A stretch of DNA of 64,000 nucleotides from an uncultured Trueperaceae bacterium (GCA_963815215.1 CAWFFU010000003.1:1120001-1184000), one strand, 5' to 3'. Positions 9,245 through 18,947 are shown, counted from the stretch's first letter. The notes: generated by a model from the sequence alone, not told the origin. A program made the numbers and translations.

Positions 9245-10501
9245 TTGGTCGTCATGCGCCTCCCGACCCAGCGACGCGCCGCAGCGCGCATCACGACCAC
9301 CCTGTTCACGGCACAGGCGCTCGGCTCTGCGGGCGTCCTCGCCGCGGCGACGATCGCCTCGATCGCCGGCGCCGAGATCGGCGGCCACACCTCGCTGGCC
9401 GGCGTGCCCGCCGGCGTCTTCCAGCTCGGGGCGGCCGTGGCGGCGCTCGGCTGGTCGATCGCGAGCGACCGTCTGGGCCGGCGCAATGGGCTCGCGCTCG
9501 GGCTGCTGGCGGGGGCGATCGGTGCGGGCGGCGCCACCCTGGCGGTGAGCGTACGCAGCTTCCCGTTGCTGGTGGTGGCGATCGCCGTCATGGGCTCGGG
9601 CTCGGCGGCGGTGCGCCTGGGCCGCTTCGCCGCAGCCGAAGCGCACCCGCCCGCGCGGCGCGGCCGCGCCGTGGCGTGGGTCGTCCTGGGCGGCACCGTC
9701 GGCTCGGTGCTGGGCCCGTCGCTGGTGGCGCCGGCCGGGTCGATCGGTCACCGCCTGACGGGGTCCACGCTGGCGGGACCCTACGCCGTCACCTTGCTCG
9801 TCTACGCGCTCGCCGCCGCGACGCTGTTCGCCTTCCTGCGGCCCGACCCCAAGGCGCTGGGCGAGGCGATCGAGCGCGACCACCCGCACCCCGCCGGCGC
9901 GGGACCGGCGCGCCCCTGGCGGTCGCTGCTGCGCGATCCGGGCATCGTCCTGGCGGTGGCCTCGGTCGTGGTGGCGCACGCCGTGATGGTGATGATGATG
10001 GGCCTCACCTCGCTGCACATGAAGCTCGCAGGGATCGGGCTGGGCGGGATCTCCCTGGTGTTCAGCGTCCACAGCTTCGGCATGTACGCGCCTTCGATCG
10101 CCAGCGGCTGGCTGGCCGACCGCTTCGGCCGGCGAGCCACGGTGACGGCCGGCGCCGTGACGCTGGCCGCCGCCTGCGCCCTCGCCCCCATCTCCGAGCG
10201 TGTGCCGCTCCTGGTCCTGGCGCTGTTCCTCCTGGGTCTGGGCTGGAACCTCTGCTTCGTGGCGGGCTCGGCCCTCCTCGCCGACCGTCTCGCTCCGGCG
10301 GAGAAGGGGCGCATGCAGGGGCTCAACGACCTGCTCATGAGCTCGATGGCGGCCGTGGCCAGCCTGGCGGGCGGGCTGCTGTTCGCGGCCGAGGGCTACG
10401 CGATCATGGGCCTCGTCGGCGTGCTCGCCTCGGTCCTGCTGCTGGCGCTGGTGATGGGCCTGGGACGGGCGGCCCGCACCGGGCCCGTCGGCGCCGATTA
10501 G
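9245..10501 (+). CDS. MFS transporter
   Basis: About 12 hydrophobic segments; motif A SDRLGRR and GWLADRFGRR; start may be ATG 9254. Confidence 0.92.
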   Translation: MVVMRLPTQRRAAARITTTLFTAQALGSAGVLAAATIASIAGAEIGGHTSLAGVPAGVFQLGAAVAALGWSIASDRLGRRNGLALGLLAGAIGAGGATLAVSVRSFPLLVVAIAVMGSGSAAVRLGRFAAAEAHPPARRGRAVAWVVLGGTVGSVLGPSLVAPAGSIGHRLTGSTLAGPYAVTLLVYALAAATLFAFLRPDPKALGEAIERDHPHPAGAGPARPWRSLLRDPGIVLAVASVVVAHAVMVMMMGLTSLHMKLAGIGLGGISLVFSVHSFGMYAPSIASGWLADRFGRRATVTAGAVTLAAACALAPISERVPLLVLALFLLGLGWNLCFVAGSALLADRLAPAEKGRMQGLNDLLMSSMAAVASLAGGLLFAAEGYAIMGLVGVLASVLLLALVMGLGRAARTGPVGAD

Positions 10502-10510
10502 CGCGGCGCT

Positions 10511-11182
10511 CTAGCCGACCAGCAGGACGACCAGCGTTCGCGGCCCGTGCACGCCCTCGACGCGCTCCAGCTCGATATCGGAGGTCGCGGAGGGTCCGGA
10601 TACCCAGGTGATCGGCGCCCCCTTGCGGGCGGCCGCGAGGCTCTCGGCCACCGCCTGTGGAACGGTCTGCACGATCTGCTCCTGCGCCACCACGCACACG
10701 TGGAGATCGGGCAGCAGCGTCAACAGCCGCCGGCCCTGGAGCGCGCCGGCGTCGAACACGATCGTCCCGGTCTCCGCGATCGCCAGCGCGCATCCCGTCA
10801 CCACCGCATCGCATCCGTCTAGCGTCCCCGTGTCCAGCAGCACGCCATCGCGCCCATCGGCCTCCCAGCGCACGCCGGGGACGCGCCACGCCTCGGGCAG
10901 ATCCGCGGGCGCCGCCGCCGCGCGGCTGCCGCGGGCCGTCAACTCCGCCGCGATCGCCTCCGGCACGCCGTCCGCGGCAACCCGCCGGACCGTGACCCGA
11001 TACTCGCCGGCGCGCTCGGCGAAGAGATCGGCCCGTGCCGCCGGGCCGAGATCGCCGCTCCTGGAATAGGCTGCGGCACCGTCGACGGCGGCCTCGCCGC
11101 GCGCGACCTCATCGGCCTCGGGTGCCCCTTCTCGACCGAGCGCCTGACGCACGCGCCGGAGCACGACCTCCCGGCTGCTCAC
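10511..11182 (-). CDS. lutC: Lactate utilization protein C (LUD domain)
   Basis: AIAETGT, GRRLLTLLP, SGPSATSDIE, GVHGP; last gene of a lutABC order. Confidence 0.93.
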   Translation of the reverse strand: MSSREVVLRRVRQALGREGAPEADEVARGEAAVDGAAAYSRSGDLGPAARADLFAERAGEYRVTVRRVAADGVPEAIAAELTARGSRAAAAPADLPEAWRVPGVRWEADGRDGVLLDTGTLDGCDAVVTGCALAIAETGTIVFDAGALQGRRLLTLLPDLHVCVVAQEQIVQTVPQAVAESLAAARKGAPITWVSGPSATSDIELERVEGVHGPRTLVVLLVG

Positions 11183-12621
11183 CCGTCGTCACCGCCTTCC
11201 AGCCACCACTCGCGGAAGGTCGTGCCGGCCACCGCCGGCAGGTCGCGCGTGCGGGTCCAACCGCCCAGGTAGCCCGGCAACTGTTCGACATAGCCGTCCT
11301 TGACGAAGGGACGCTGCACCAGCCGAGCCCAGCGTTGCACCCAGCGGTAGCGGTGCGGCTGCGCGAAGACGCCCGCCGCCAAGCGCATGGCGCCGTCCTC
11401 GCTATCGAGCGCGGCCAACCGTCCGCGGCGCAGCCGTCGGCGCTCCACAGCGCGGTGCCGCAGATCGAGAAGGACGCTGGGGATGTCGATCTTGACCGGG
11501 CACACCTCGTAGCAGGCGCCGCACAGGGTGGAAGCGAAGGGAAGCGTGTCGGCCTCCGGCGTGTCGACGAGCTGCGGCGTGAGGATGGCGCCGATCGGAC
11601 CCGGATAGTGCGACCCGTAGGCGTGACCCCCCACCCTCGCGTACACCGGGCAGGTGTTGAGGCAGGCGCTGCAGCGGATGCAGTACAGCGTCTGGCGCCG
11701 GTCCTCCGAGGCCAGCACGTCGCTGCGGCCGTTATCGAGCAACACCAGGTGGAACGCCTGCGGCCCGTCGCCGCGGCGCACACCGGTCCAGAACGAGGTA
11801 TACGGGTTCATCCGCTCGGCCGTGCTGGAGCGCGGCAGGAGCTGAAGGAACACCTCCATGGCGCGCCAGCTCGGCACCACCTTCTCGATCCCCATCACCG
11901 TGATCAACGTCTGAGGGAGCGTGGTGCACATGCGCCCATTGCCCTCCGACTCCACCACGCACACAGCTCCGGTATCGGCTACGGCGAAGTTCGCGCCGCT
12001 GATCCCGACCGTGGCGCTGAGGAACTTGCCGCGCAGGAAACGCCGGGCGGCCGCCGCCAGGTCGCTCGGCGCGTCGGAGAGCTCGCTCGCCTTCAGGCCC
12101 ATCGAGCGGAGGAACAGCTCGCGGATCTCCGACCGGTTCTTGTGGATAGCGGGCACCAGGATGTGCGACGAGGGTTCGTGCGCGAGCTGGACGATCAGCT
12201 CGGCGAGATCGGTCTCGAGCGCGTGAACGCCGATCGATGCCAGGGCGTCGTTGAGGCCGATCTCGTCGGTGGTGAGCGACTTGACCTTGATGGCCTCGCG
12301 CGCGCCCGTCGCGGCCACTAGCTCCTGGACGATGGTGTTGGCCTCGGCCGCGTCGCGGGCCCAGTGCACCTGGCCTCCGCGGGCGAGAACGCTCTGCTCG
12401 AGCCGCATCAGGTAGTGATCGAGGTGTGCGAGGGTGTGCGCCTTGATCGCGCGGCCGGCCTCGCGGAGCTCCTGCCAGTCGGGCAGCTCTTCGGTGGCGA
12501 GGGCGCGCTTCTCCCGGATGGCCGAGGTCGCCTTCGCCAGGTTGCGCCGCAACTGGACGTCCTGCAGGGCCTCGTGCGCGGCCCGTTCGAACGGCCGGGC
12601 TCGGGGTATGCCGCCGCTCAC
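11179..12621 (-). CDS. lutB: L-lactate oxidation iron-sulfur protein LutB/LldF
   Basis: GTG at 12621 overlaps the lutA stop; ETDLAE, PSSHILVPAIH, ESEGNGR, CIRCSACLNTCP, CGACYEVCPVKI. Confidence 0.95.
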   Translation of the reverse strand: MSGGIPRARPFERAAHEALQDVQLRRNLAKATSAIREKRALATEELPDWQELREAGRAIKAHTLAHLDHYLMRLEQSVLARGGQVHWARDAAEANTIVQELVAATGAREAIKVKSLTTDEIGLNDALASIGVHALETDLAELIVQLAHEPSSHILVPAIHKNRSEIRELFLRSMGLKASELSDAPSDLAAAARRFLRGKFLSATVGISGANFAVADTGAVCVVESEGNGRMCTTLPQTLITVMGIEKVVPSWRAMEVFLQLLPRSSTAERMNPYTSFWTGVRRGDGPQAFHLVLLDNGRSDVLASEDRRQTLYCIRCSACLNTCPVYARVGGHAYGSHYPGPIGAILTPQLVDTPEADTLPFASTLCGACYEVCPVKIDIPSVLLDLRHRAVERRRLRRGRLAALDSEDGAMRLAAGVFAQPHRYRWVQRWARLVQRPFVKDGYVEQLPGYLGGWTRTRDLPAVAGTTFREWWLEGGDDG

Positions 12622-13367
12622 GCCTGCCTCCAGGGCCGCGCCTCGGTCGAGGCCAGGATCTCGGCCACGTGCAGGGTGCGCACGCCGGTCCGCTGACGGT
12701 GCAACGCTCCGCCGATATGCATGAGGCAGGAGTTGTCGGCCGCAGCGCACACCTCCGCGCCGGTCTCGAGCACGCGCGCCACCTTCGAGGCCAGCATCGC
12801 GCTGGAGGTGTCGGCGTTCTTCACGGAGAAGGTACCCCCGAAGCCGCAGCACTCGTTCGCATCGGGCAGCGGGACCAGCTCGATGCCGCGCACCCGCCCC
12901 AGCAACCGCTGGGGGCTGTCGCCGATGTGCAACACGCGCTGCGAGTGACAGGTGGGATGGAACGTCACGCGGTGTGGGAAGTATGCACCGACGTCCTCCA
13001 CGCCGAGCTCCTCGACCAGGAAGGAGGTCAGCTCGTGGACGCGCGGCACGAGCGCATCGACCGCCTCGACCAGAGCCGGATCGCGCGCCAGACGGGCCAG
13101 ACGCGGGTAGATCTCGCGGACCTCCCCGACGCAGCTCGCCGACGGCGCCACCACCCGGTCGTGGGCGCCGAAGGCGCGCACGAAGTTGCGCACCAACGGG
13201 ATGGCTTCTTGCTGGTAGCCGGTGTTGACGTGCATCTGCCCGCAACACGTCTGCTCCGCCGGGTAGTGGAGTTCGTGACCCAGACGTCGAAGCACCCGCA
13301 CCGTCGCCTGCCCGGCCTGCGGGAACAGGGTGTCGACATAGCAGGGGATGAACAGGGCGAGCCGCAT
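12618..13367 (-). CDS. lutA: Fe-S binding CCG-domain protein LutA
   Basis: MRLALFIPCYVD, QTCCGQ, HPTCH, CCGFGGTF, SCLMHI. Confidence 0.95.
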   Translation of the reverse strand: MRLALFIPCYVDTLFPQAGQATVRVLRRLGHELHYPAEQTCCGQMHVNTGYQQEAIPLVRNFVRAFGAHDRVVAPSASCVGEVREIYPRLARLARDPALVEAVDALVPRVHELTSFLVEELGVEDVGAYFPHRVTFHPTCHSQRVLHIGDSPQRLLGRVRGIELVPLPDANECCGFGGTFSVKNADTSSAMLASKVARVLETGAEVCAAADNSCLMHIGGALHRQRTGVRTLHVAEILASTEARPWRQA

Positions 13368-13521
13368 CAGTAGTTCGCCCCGCGCGGCGCGCCGATGCGC
13401 CCGTCCTCGCTCGGGGTCGGACGGGCACGTGGTCCTGGCATGGCGCCATTGTAGGCCGAGCCCGGCGGCGACCACAGCACAACGCTCGGCTCCCGGACAG
13501 CCACCTCCGAGCCCGCGGTCG

Positions 13522-14103
13522 TCATCCTTCGCTCAGCGTGGTCTCGATCCGGCGATCGGGAACCAGCCAGACCAGCGCCACCAGCACGTAGAGGACGTCG
13601 GCGAGCCAGCGCGCGCCCGCGAGCGCCGCGACGATGGCCACGGCGTACAGGACCGGCGACAGCCGGCCCTTGAGGTCGGCGCCCACGGCCCGGCGCAGGC
13701 TCGATCCCGGACCGTTGGCGACGATGAGCCTCTGCTGCAACAGGGAGTACGCCACCGCGGCCAACAGCAGCACCACGCCGTAGGCGGTGGTCGGCGCCGA
13801 CGCGAAGTGGTTCTGCCCCATCCAGGCGGTCACGAAGGGGATCAGCGAGAGCCAGAACAGCAGGTGCATGTTGGCCCATAGCACCGTGCCGTCGATACGC
13901 TGCACCGCCTGCAGCATGTGGTGGTGGTTGTTCCAGTAGATCCCCAGGTACACGAAGCTGAGCAGGTAGGTCAACAGCGACGGCACAACGCCCCTCAGCG
14001 CCCCCCAGGTGGGCTCGTGCGGCACGTTCAGCTCGAGCACCATGACGGTGATGACGATCGCGATGACGCCGTCGCTGAACGCCTCCATCCTCGACTTCGT
14101 CAT
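13522..14103 (-). CDS. TMEM175 family (DUF1211) potassium channel
   Basis: RMEAFSDGVIAIVITVMVLE signature; YWNNHHH. Confidence 0.93.
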   Translation of the reverse strand: MTKSRMEAFSDGVIAIVITVMVLELNVPHEPTWGALRGVVPSLLTYLLSFVYLGIYWNNHHHMLQAVQRIDGTVLWANMHLLFWLSLIPFVTAWMGQNHFASAPTTAYGVVLLLAAVAYSLLQQRLIVANGPGSSLRRAVGADLKGRLSPVLYAVAIVAALAGARWLADVLYVLVALVWLVPDRRIETTLSEG

Positions 14104-14219
14104 AGGCCTCCCCGATCCTCCACGATGGCTCCAGGATAGCGGCGCACGACGGCGCGTGGGCCGCGAGCGACCGGACCTGCAGCGCGCAGAGCTCCGACGA
14201 CGGCAGCAGCCCCACCGGG

Positions 14220-14323
14220 CCTCGATCGCCTCGAACGAGCGCAGCTACCAAGGCGGCCTCGAGCACGTCCGAACGCTACGGCACTTCCTGGAAGCGCCCG
14301 AGGCGTACTTGCCTCACCTGTGA
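14220..14323 (+). pseudogene. Possible C-terminal remnant of a predicted AAA ATPase
   Basis: LEHVRTLRHFLEAPEAYLPHL-stop resembles the conserved tail of COG3910-type ATPases; no Walker A region upstream. Confidence 0.35.
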
Positions 14324-14365
14324 CACCGGGACGGCGCGAAGGACCGCGCCGCTCACCGTCGACGC

Positions 14366-14815
14366 CTAGCGCCGCTCGGGAGCCGCCGGCGAGGTCGTAC
14401 GCGTGATTCCGAGGAACAGGAGGGCGACGAGCAGCACGGCCTGCGCCACCTTGAGCGACAATCCCCAGACCTCGTATGGCGGAACGCGCTGCGGCGCGAC
14501 GTTGAAGTACGCCGCGATGGCGAAGGCCTGGAAGGCAGCGCCGACCATCCACAGAACGCGGCGATCGAATCGCATCAACAGCACCGCGCCGAGAAGGAAG
14601 GCTCCGCCGGCCAGAACGCCGAACACGATCAACCCCGGGCGCAGGCCCGGAGCGCCGTTCACCACGCTCAGGACACCGGCCCCGATGAGGGCGTACACGA
14701 CGGCATTGGCCAACGCGAGGATGGCGGCCGCCCAGCGCACCTGGGTCCTCACGCGCCCACCGGCGCCGGAACCACTCGCCTCCCCGGGCCGGCCAACGTG
14801 CAGATTCGCCTTCAT
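14366..14815 (-). CDS. Hypothetical 4-TM membrane protein
   Basis: Four hydrophobic helices; GGAGGGAG RBS before ATG 14815; boxed promoter at 14900-14942. Confidence 0.75.
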   Translation of the reverse strand: MKANLHVGRPGEASGSGAGGRVRTQVRWAAAILALANAVVYALIGAGVLSVVNGAPGLRPGLIVFGVLAGGAFLLGAVLLMRFDRRVLWMVGAAFQAFAIAAYFNVAPQRVPPYEVWGLSLKVAQAVLLVALLFLGITRTTSPAAPERR

Positions 14816-14899
14816 GCCCGCTCCCTCCCCGGCGTGTGGGGAGCGCGGCGGGTCCGACGGAACGCCGCCGCCACGCGTGCTCCCGCGCGCCGTCACCGC

Positions 14900-14942
14900 A
14901 CTCTGCACAGCGGGCGGGTCACAGGCAAGGGACAGGCGCCCT
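14900..14942 (-). promoter_or_regulatory. Promoter with DosR/NarL-like box
   Basis: Minus strand AGGGCGCCTGTCCC-TTGCCT-17-CAGAGT. Confidence 0.6.
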
Positions 14943-15032
14943 CGGTTCCGTCCCCCGTCGCACCGGAGTCCCGCCGCCGAGCAGGACGAAAGCCCGGCGC
15001 CGGGGTGCCGGGCGCCGCGATAGACTCGCGGC

Positions 15033-15281
15033 GTGGTGCGCGTCGTAGGTGCACAGCCCGGTCTGTTCGACCCGACCCGGACCGTGGAGCGTCGGCTCGC
15101 TTCGGGCGCTACCGTACGCGTGACACTCGAACCGCTCGACGACCGGCGCGTCCGGGTGGTGGCGTACCTGCGCCGGACCCACGACGGCGCACGCTGGGAA
15201 CGTCGTGCGGGCGAAGAGGGGCGTACCTATCCGATCGACGCGCTGGGCCTGGGGCTGCCCTTCGAAGAGATCTTCGCCTGA
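15033..15281 (+). CDS. Small hypothetical protein (82 aa), probably leaderless
   Basis: TAGACT at 15021-15026, 6 nt before GTG; protein-like composition. Confidence 0.6.
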   Translation: MVRVVGAQPGLFDPTRTVERRLASGATVRVTLEPLDDRRVRVVAYLRRTHDGARWERRAGEEGRTYPIDALGLGLPFEEIFA

Positions 15282-15556
15282 GGTCGGCGCCACCGATGTC
15301 CCCATCGCCGTCGGGCTCATCCTAATGATGGTCCCCCGCTGGCCAGTGTGCGCTACGAGCGTCTCCCCGCCATCTTCGGCATCCAATCCGCCATACCGTT
15401 CAACGCCGGCACCCCACCGTCCGGGGCGGCCCCGGAGGGCTCTCCCCTCGGCCGGGGCGGCCGTTCGGGAGGTCTTCGGATCACACCTGGCTCGGGCGCT
15501 GCCCGAACGCTAACGTGAAGCCACGAGACCCCGCTATGGACGCATGCCTCCGCGCA

Positions 15557-16996
15557 CTATCGAGCAACGCGCCAGATGTCCAGGACACCGTTCGTTCGAT
15601 GCTGATTGGCGTTGCCTTCGGGGAGTGCGATGCGCCCGTCGATCGCGATCGGGCTGTTCCAGTGGCCGGGTCCGCTCGCCAGGTCGGCGAGGAGCCGGCC
15701 AGTTTCGGGCTGATACACCCGAAGCCCACCCCCGGGATCGTAGACGTAGAGAAGTCCGCCGGCCAGCACAGGGCTGGTGCCAGCATGGGCGTTGTGCCAC
15801 ACCGCTTGCAGATTCCCGTTCGACAACCGCCACGCTTCCGTTCCACCGTTGTCGGCCGCGATCAGCCACGTCTCGCCGCCGTGGTGCCACACCGCCGGAG
15901 CCGTGAAGAGGTCGCCACCCGATGGGGTGGACACCATCTGCGCCTCTCCGCCCAGGTGCGCGACCTGCCCGCGCATGGCGCTCCAGTCGAGCAATCGGAT
16001 GTGGCCGTCCTTGCCACCCTGCGCCACTAGACCGTCTCCCAGCAGCACCGGCGCGGTGGAGCCGAGGTCCAGATCGCGCGCGTTGAGCTGATCGGTGTTA
16101 CTTGGCGTGAAGTTGCCCAACAACGTCCCCGCGTCTGGCGAGAGCTCGAGCACGGCGTCACCCCAGAACGTATGACCGTCCCACAGAGCGTTCCCCGTCG
16201 CAACGAACAGGTCGCCGCTCGACGGATCGACGACCGCTCCGGCCCGACCCCATATGGCGGCGCCGCTCTGCGAGCACGACGATGGCGCGAGCATTACGGA
16301 GCGGTCGCTACACAGCGCGTTCCAGACGTGCTCGATGTGGCCGCCTTGGCTATCCAGAACAGCGACGTGCCCCTGGTAAGGGGGCGAGTCGCCGATGTAG
16401 CCGCCCGTGGTCACGATCACCCGACCATGTGCGAAGTTGAGCGGGGACGCGATCTTCTCACGCGTAGGCAACTCCGTCACGGAGGTGGCCCACTGCACGC
16501 TTCCGTCAGCCACCGCGAGTTTGCGCACGACACCATCGGGCGATGCGGCATAGAGGTACCGACGGTCCGGGTCGGCCACCGGAGTCGCGGTCGTGATGCG
16601 GTAGGACCCGGCCCAGCCCGCGTATCCCGACGGGGTGAACCGCCACAGGACCGTCCCACGGTCCGCATCGATCGCTAGTGTCTCGCCGTAGATGGTCGTC
16701 ACGAAGAAGGCATCGTGCACGGCACCCTCGATCTGCACGCCGTGCAGGTAGATGGGCGAGCCGTCTACGGTCCCTCCGAGCTGCACCTTCTGCAGCTTCA
16801 ACGCGCCCAGGTCGCCCACCGTGATCCCGGAATCGATCGGTCCGCCATTCGTGCGCGCCGCGTCCCATCCGAAGCGGGTCCAGTCCTGCCCTGGCTGCGC
16901 GCTCTGCTGGCAGGAAGCGGTCCCAACGACCAGAAGAAAGAACGCGAAGACTGCGCTCAGCGACCGTGCCAAGGCCTTGATCTTCGTCTTCTGCAT
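15557..16996 (-). CDS. PQQ-binding-like beta-propeller lipoprotein
   Basis: Signal peptide ending TASC; WTRFGWDAART; repeated Trp-docking motifs (GTVLWRF, GSVQWAT); GAAIWGRAG, DLDLGS. Confidence 0.85.
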   Translation of the reverse strand: MQKTKIKALARSLSAVFAFFLLVVGTASCQQSAQPGQDWTRFGWDAARTNGGPIDSGITVGDLGALKLQKVQLGGTVDGSPIYLHGVQIEGAVHDAFFVTTIYGETLAIDADRGTVLWRFTPSGYAGWAGSYRITTATPVADPDRRYLYAASPDGVVRKLAVADGSVQWATSVTELPTREKIASPLNFAHGRVIVTTGGYIGDSPPYQGHVAVLDSQGGHIEHVWNALCSDRSVMLAPSSCSQSGAAIWGRAGAVVDPSSGDLFVATGNALWDGHTFWGDAVLELSPDAGTLLGNFTPSNTDQLNARDLDLGSTAPVLLGDGLVAQGGKDGHIRLLDWSAMRGQVAHLGGEAQMVSTPSGGDLFTAPAVWHHGGETWLIAADNGGTEAWRLSNGNLQAVWHNAHAGTSPVLAGGLLYVYDPGGGLRVYQPETGRLLADLASGPGHWNSPIAIDGRIALPEGNANQHRTNGVLDIWRVAR

Positions 16997-17283
16997 CGCG
17001 ATTCGCCCCTTCCATCGCAGGCGCCTACCCTCACAGGCGCTCTCGAACCTGGCACGACGGTAGTCCGCCGCGACGCTCCCGGGCGTCCCCGAGGCGACAG
17101 CACCGGTCGGGCCGGAGCCGCGACAGCGAAGTCACGCGGTGGCCTCGTACGCGCCACCGCGTCCGAGTGGCGAGCGGCCGAGGGTTCGCGACCCCTACCC
17201 CCGGGCGGTGGATGGGTAACACCTCACGTCCCAGCTCTGTTCCATGTCGCCACGACGCTGTCCTGCACGGAACCGGTCCGGCC

Positions 17284-17327
17284 GGGATATTTGCCCCTGG
17301 GACCTCTTTCGGCGACAGACATACCCT
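17284..17327 (+). promoter_or_regulatory. Candidate boxed promoter upstream of citrate synthase
   Basis: GGGATATTTGCCCC-TGGGAC-18-TACCCT. Confidence 0.4.
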
Positions 17328-17566
17328 GGATGGGTAGTGACACCGATCAGCCCGGCGTGACCGGATAGACGGTCCCGAGCGCGACGGATCCCGGGTGCAC
17401 CTTCCCTGGAACCTCCGCCCGCGAAGGCCAGCGCCGGAACAGGCGGACCGATCGGCGTTCGACCGCGGCCCCGCGCGAACCAACCACGAGCGCCCCGCCG
17501 GACGGGCCGAACGAGCACGAGGTGGGCGATGGACGCGCCTCGGGCAGAAAGGACGGGCGAGCAACC

Positions 17567-18874
17567 ATGGACGCACCCAAGAAGGACGGGTTCCTGAAGG
17601 TCACCGACACGCGGACGGAACGCAGCTACGAGATCCCGATCAGCGATGGAGCCGTCCCCGCGACGGCGCTGCGTCAGATCAAGACGTCGGACGACGACTT
17701 CGGGTTGCTCTCCTACGACCCTGCCTTCCTGAACACGGCCAGTTGCCGCAGCTCGATCACCTACATCGACGGCGCCAAGGGCATCCTCCGCTACCGCGGT
17801 TACCCCATCGAGGAGCTCGCGGTGGAGAGCTCGTTCCTGGAGGTCGCCTACCTGCTGCTCAACGGGGAGCTCCCGGGCAAGGCCGAGCTCGAGGGCTGGA
17901 CCCACGACATCACGCACCACACCTTCATCCACGAGAACGTCAAGAAGTTCATCGACGGCTTCCACCACGACGCCCACCCGATGGGCATGCTGGTGAGCAC
18001 GCTCGGCGCGCTGTCCACCTTCTACCCGGACGCCAAGGACCTGTTCGACGCCGAGCAGCGACGCACGCAGATCGTCCGGCTCATCGCCAAGATGCCGACG
18101 CTGGCGGCCTTCGCCTACCGCCATGCGGTGGGCATGCCGATCGCCTACCCCGACAACGACCTGACCTACCCCGGCAACTTCCTCAACATGATGTGGAAGG
18201 CCACCGAGCTGAAGTACAAGCCCAACCCGGTGTTCGAGCACGCCCTGGACGTCCTGTTCATCCTCCATGCCGACCACGAGCAGAACTGCTCGGCCAGCAC
18301 CATGCGCGTCGTGGGAAGCGCGCAGGCCGATCCCTACTCGGCCGCCGCTGCGGCCTCGGCCGCTCTGTACGGGCCGCTCCACGGCGGAGCCAACGAGCAG
18401 GTCCTGAGGATGCTGAACGAGATCGGCTCGGTCGAGAACGTGCCCGCCTACATCGAGCGCGTGAAGCAGGGCGAGTTCCGACTGATGGGGTTCGGGCACC
18501 GTGTCTACAAGAACTTCGACCCGCGCGCCAAGATCATCAAGAGCGTCGCCGACGAGGTCTTCGAGGTGACCGGTCGCAACCCGCTGCTCGACGTGGCGCT
18601 GGAGCTCGAACGCATCGCCCTCGAGGACGAGTACTTCGTCTCGCACAAGCTCTACCCCAACGTCGACTTCTACTCCGGCATCATCTACCAGACGATGGGC
18701 TTCCCGGTGGAGATGTTCCCCGTCCTGTTCGCCATCGGGCGCATGCCCGGCTGGCTGGCCCAGTGGCAGGAAGGCCTGCTCGACAGCGAGCAGCGCATCT
18801 CGCGCCCGCGTCAGCTCTACGTCGGCGAAGGGGAGCGGCACGTGGAGGTCGGTCGGGCGTCGTCCTTCGACTGA
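17567..18874 (+). CDS. gltA: Citrate synthase
   Basis: GILRYRGYPIE, LHADHEQNCS, GPLHGGANE, MGFGHRVYK, YPNVDFYSG. Confidence 0.97.
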   Translation: MDAPKKDGFLKVTDTRTERSYEIPISDGAVPATALRQIKTSDDDFGLLSYDPAFLNTASCRSSITYIDGAKGILRYRGYPIEELAVESSFLEVAYLLLNGELPGKAELEGWTHDITHHTFIHENVKKFIDGFHHDAHPMGMLVSTLGALSTFYPDAKDLFDAEQRRTQIVRLIAKMPTLAAFAYRHAVGMPIAYPDNDLTYPGNFLNMMWKATELKYKPNPVFEHALDVLFILHADHEQNCSASTMRVVGSAQADPYSAAAAASAALYGPLHGGANEQVLRMLNEIGSVENVPAYIERVKQGEFRLMGFGHRVYKNFDPRAKIIKSVADEVFEVTGRNPLLDVALELERIALEDEYFVSHKLYPNVDFYSGIIYQTMGFPVEMFPVLFAIGRMPGWLAQWQEGLLDSEQRISRPRQLYVGEGERHVEVGRASSFD

Positions 18875-18907
18875 GGCCCGCGCACCGCAATCCCAAGACC
18901 ACAACGC

Positions 18908-18947
18908 CACGGCCACGGCGACCGGAGTTCCGGTCGCCGTGGCCGTG
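18908..18947 (+). terminator. Perfect long hairpin after gltA
   Basis: CACGGCCACGGCGACCGG-AGTT-CCGGTCGCCGTGGCCGTG, 18-bp stem, no U-tract. Confidence 0.6.

Noticed and set aside
17195..17245. 16-aa minus-strand ORF MEQSWDVRCYPSTARG driven by the 17284 box
   Set aside because: A -10-like CAGCGT sits at the right distance but there is no TTG-like -35, RBS or coding signal.
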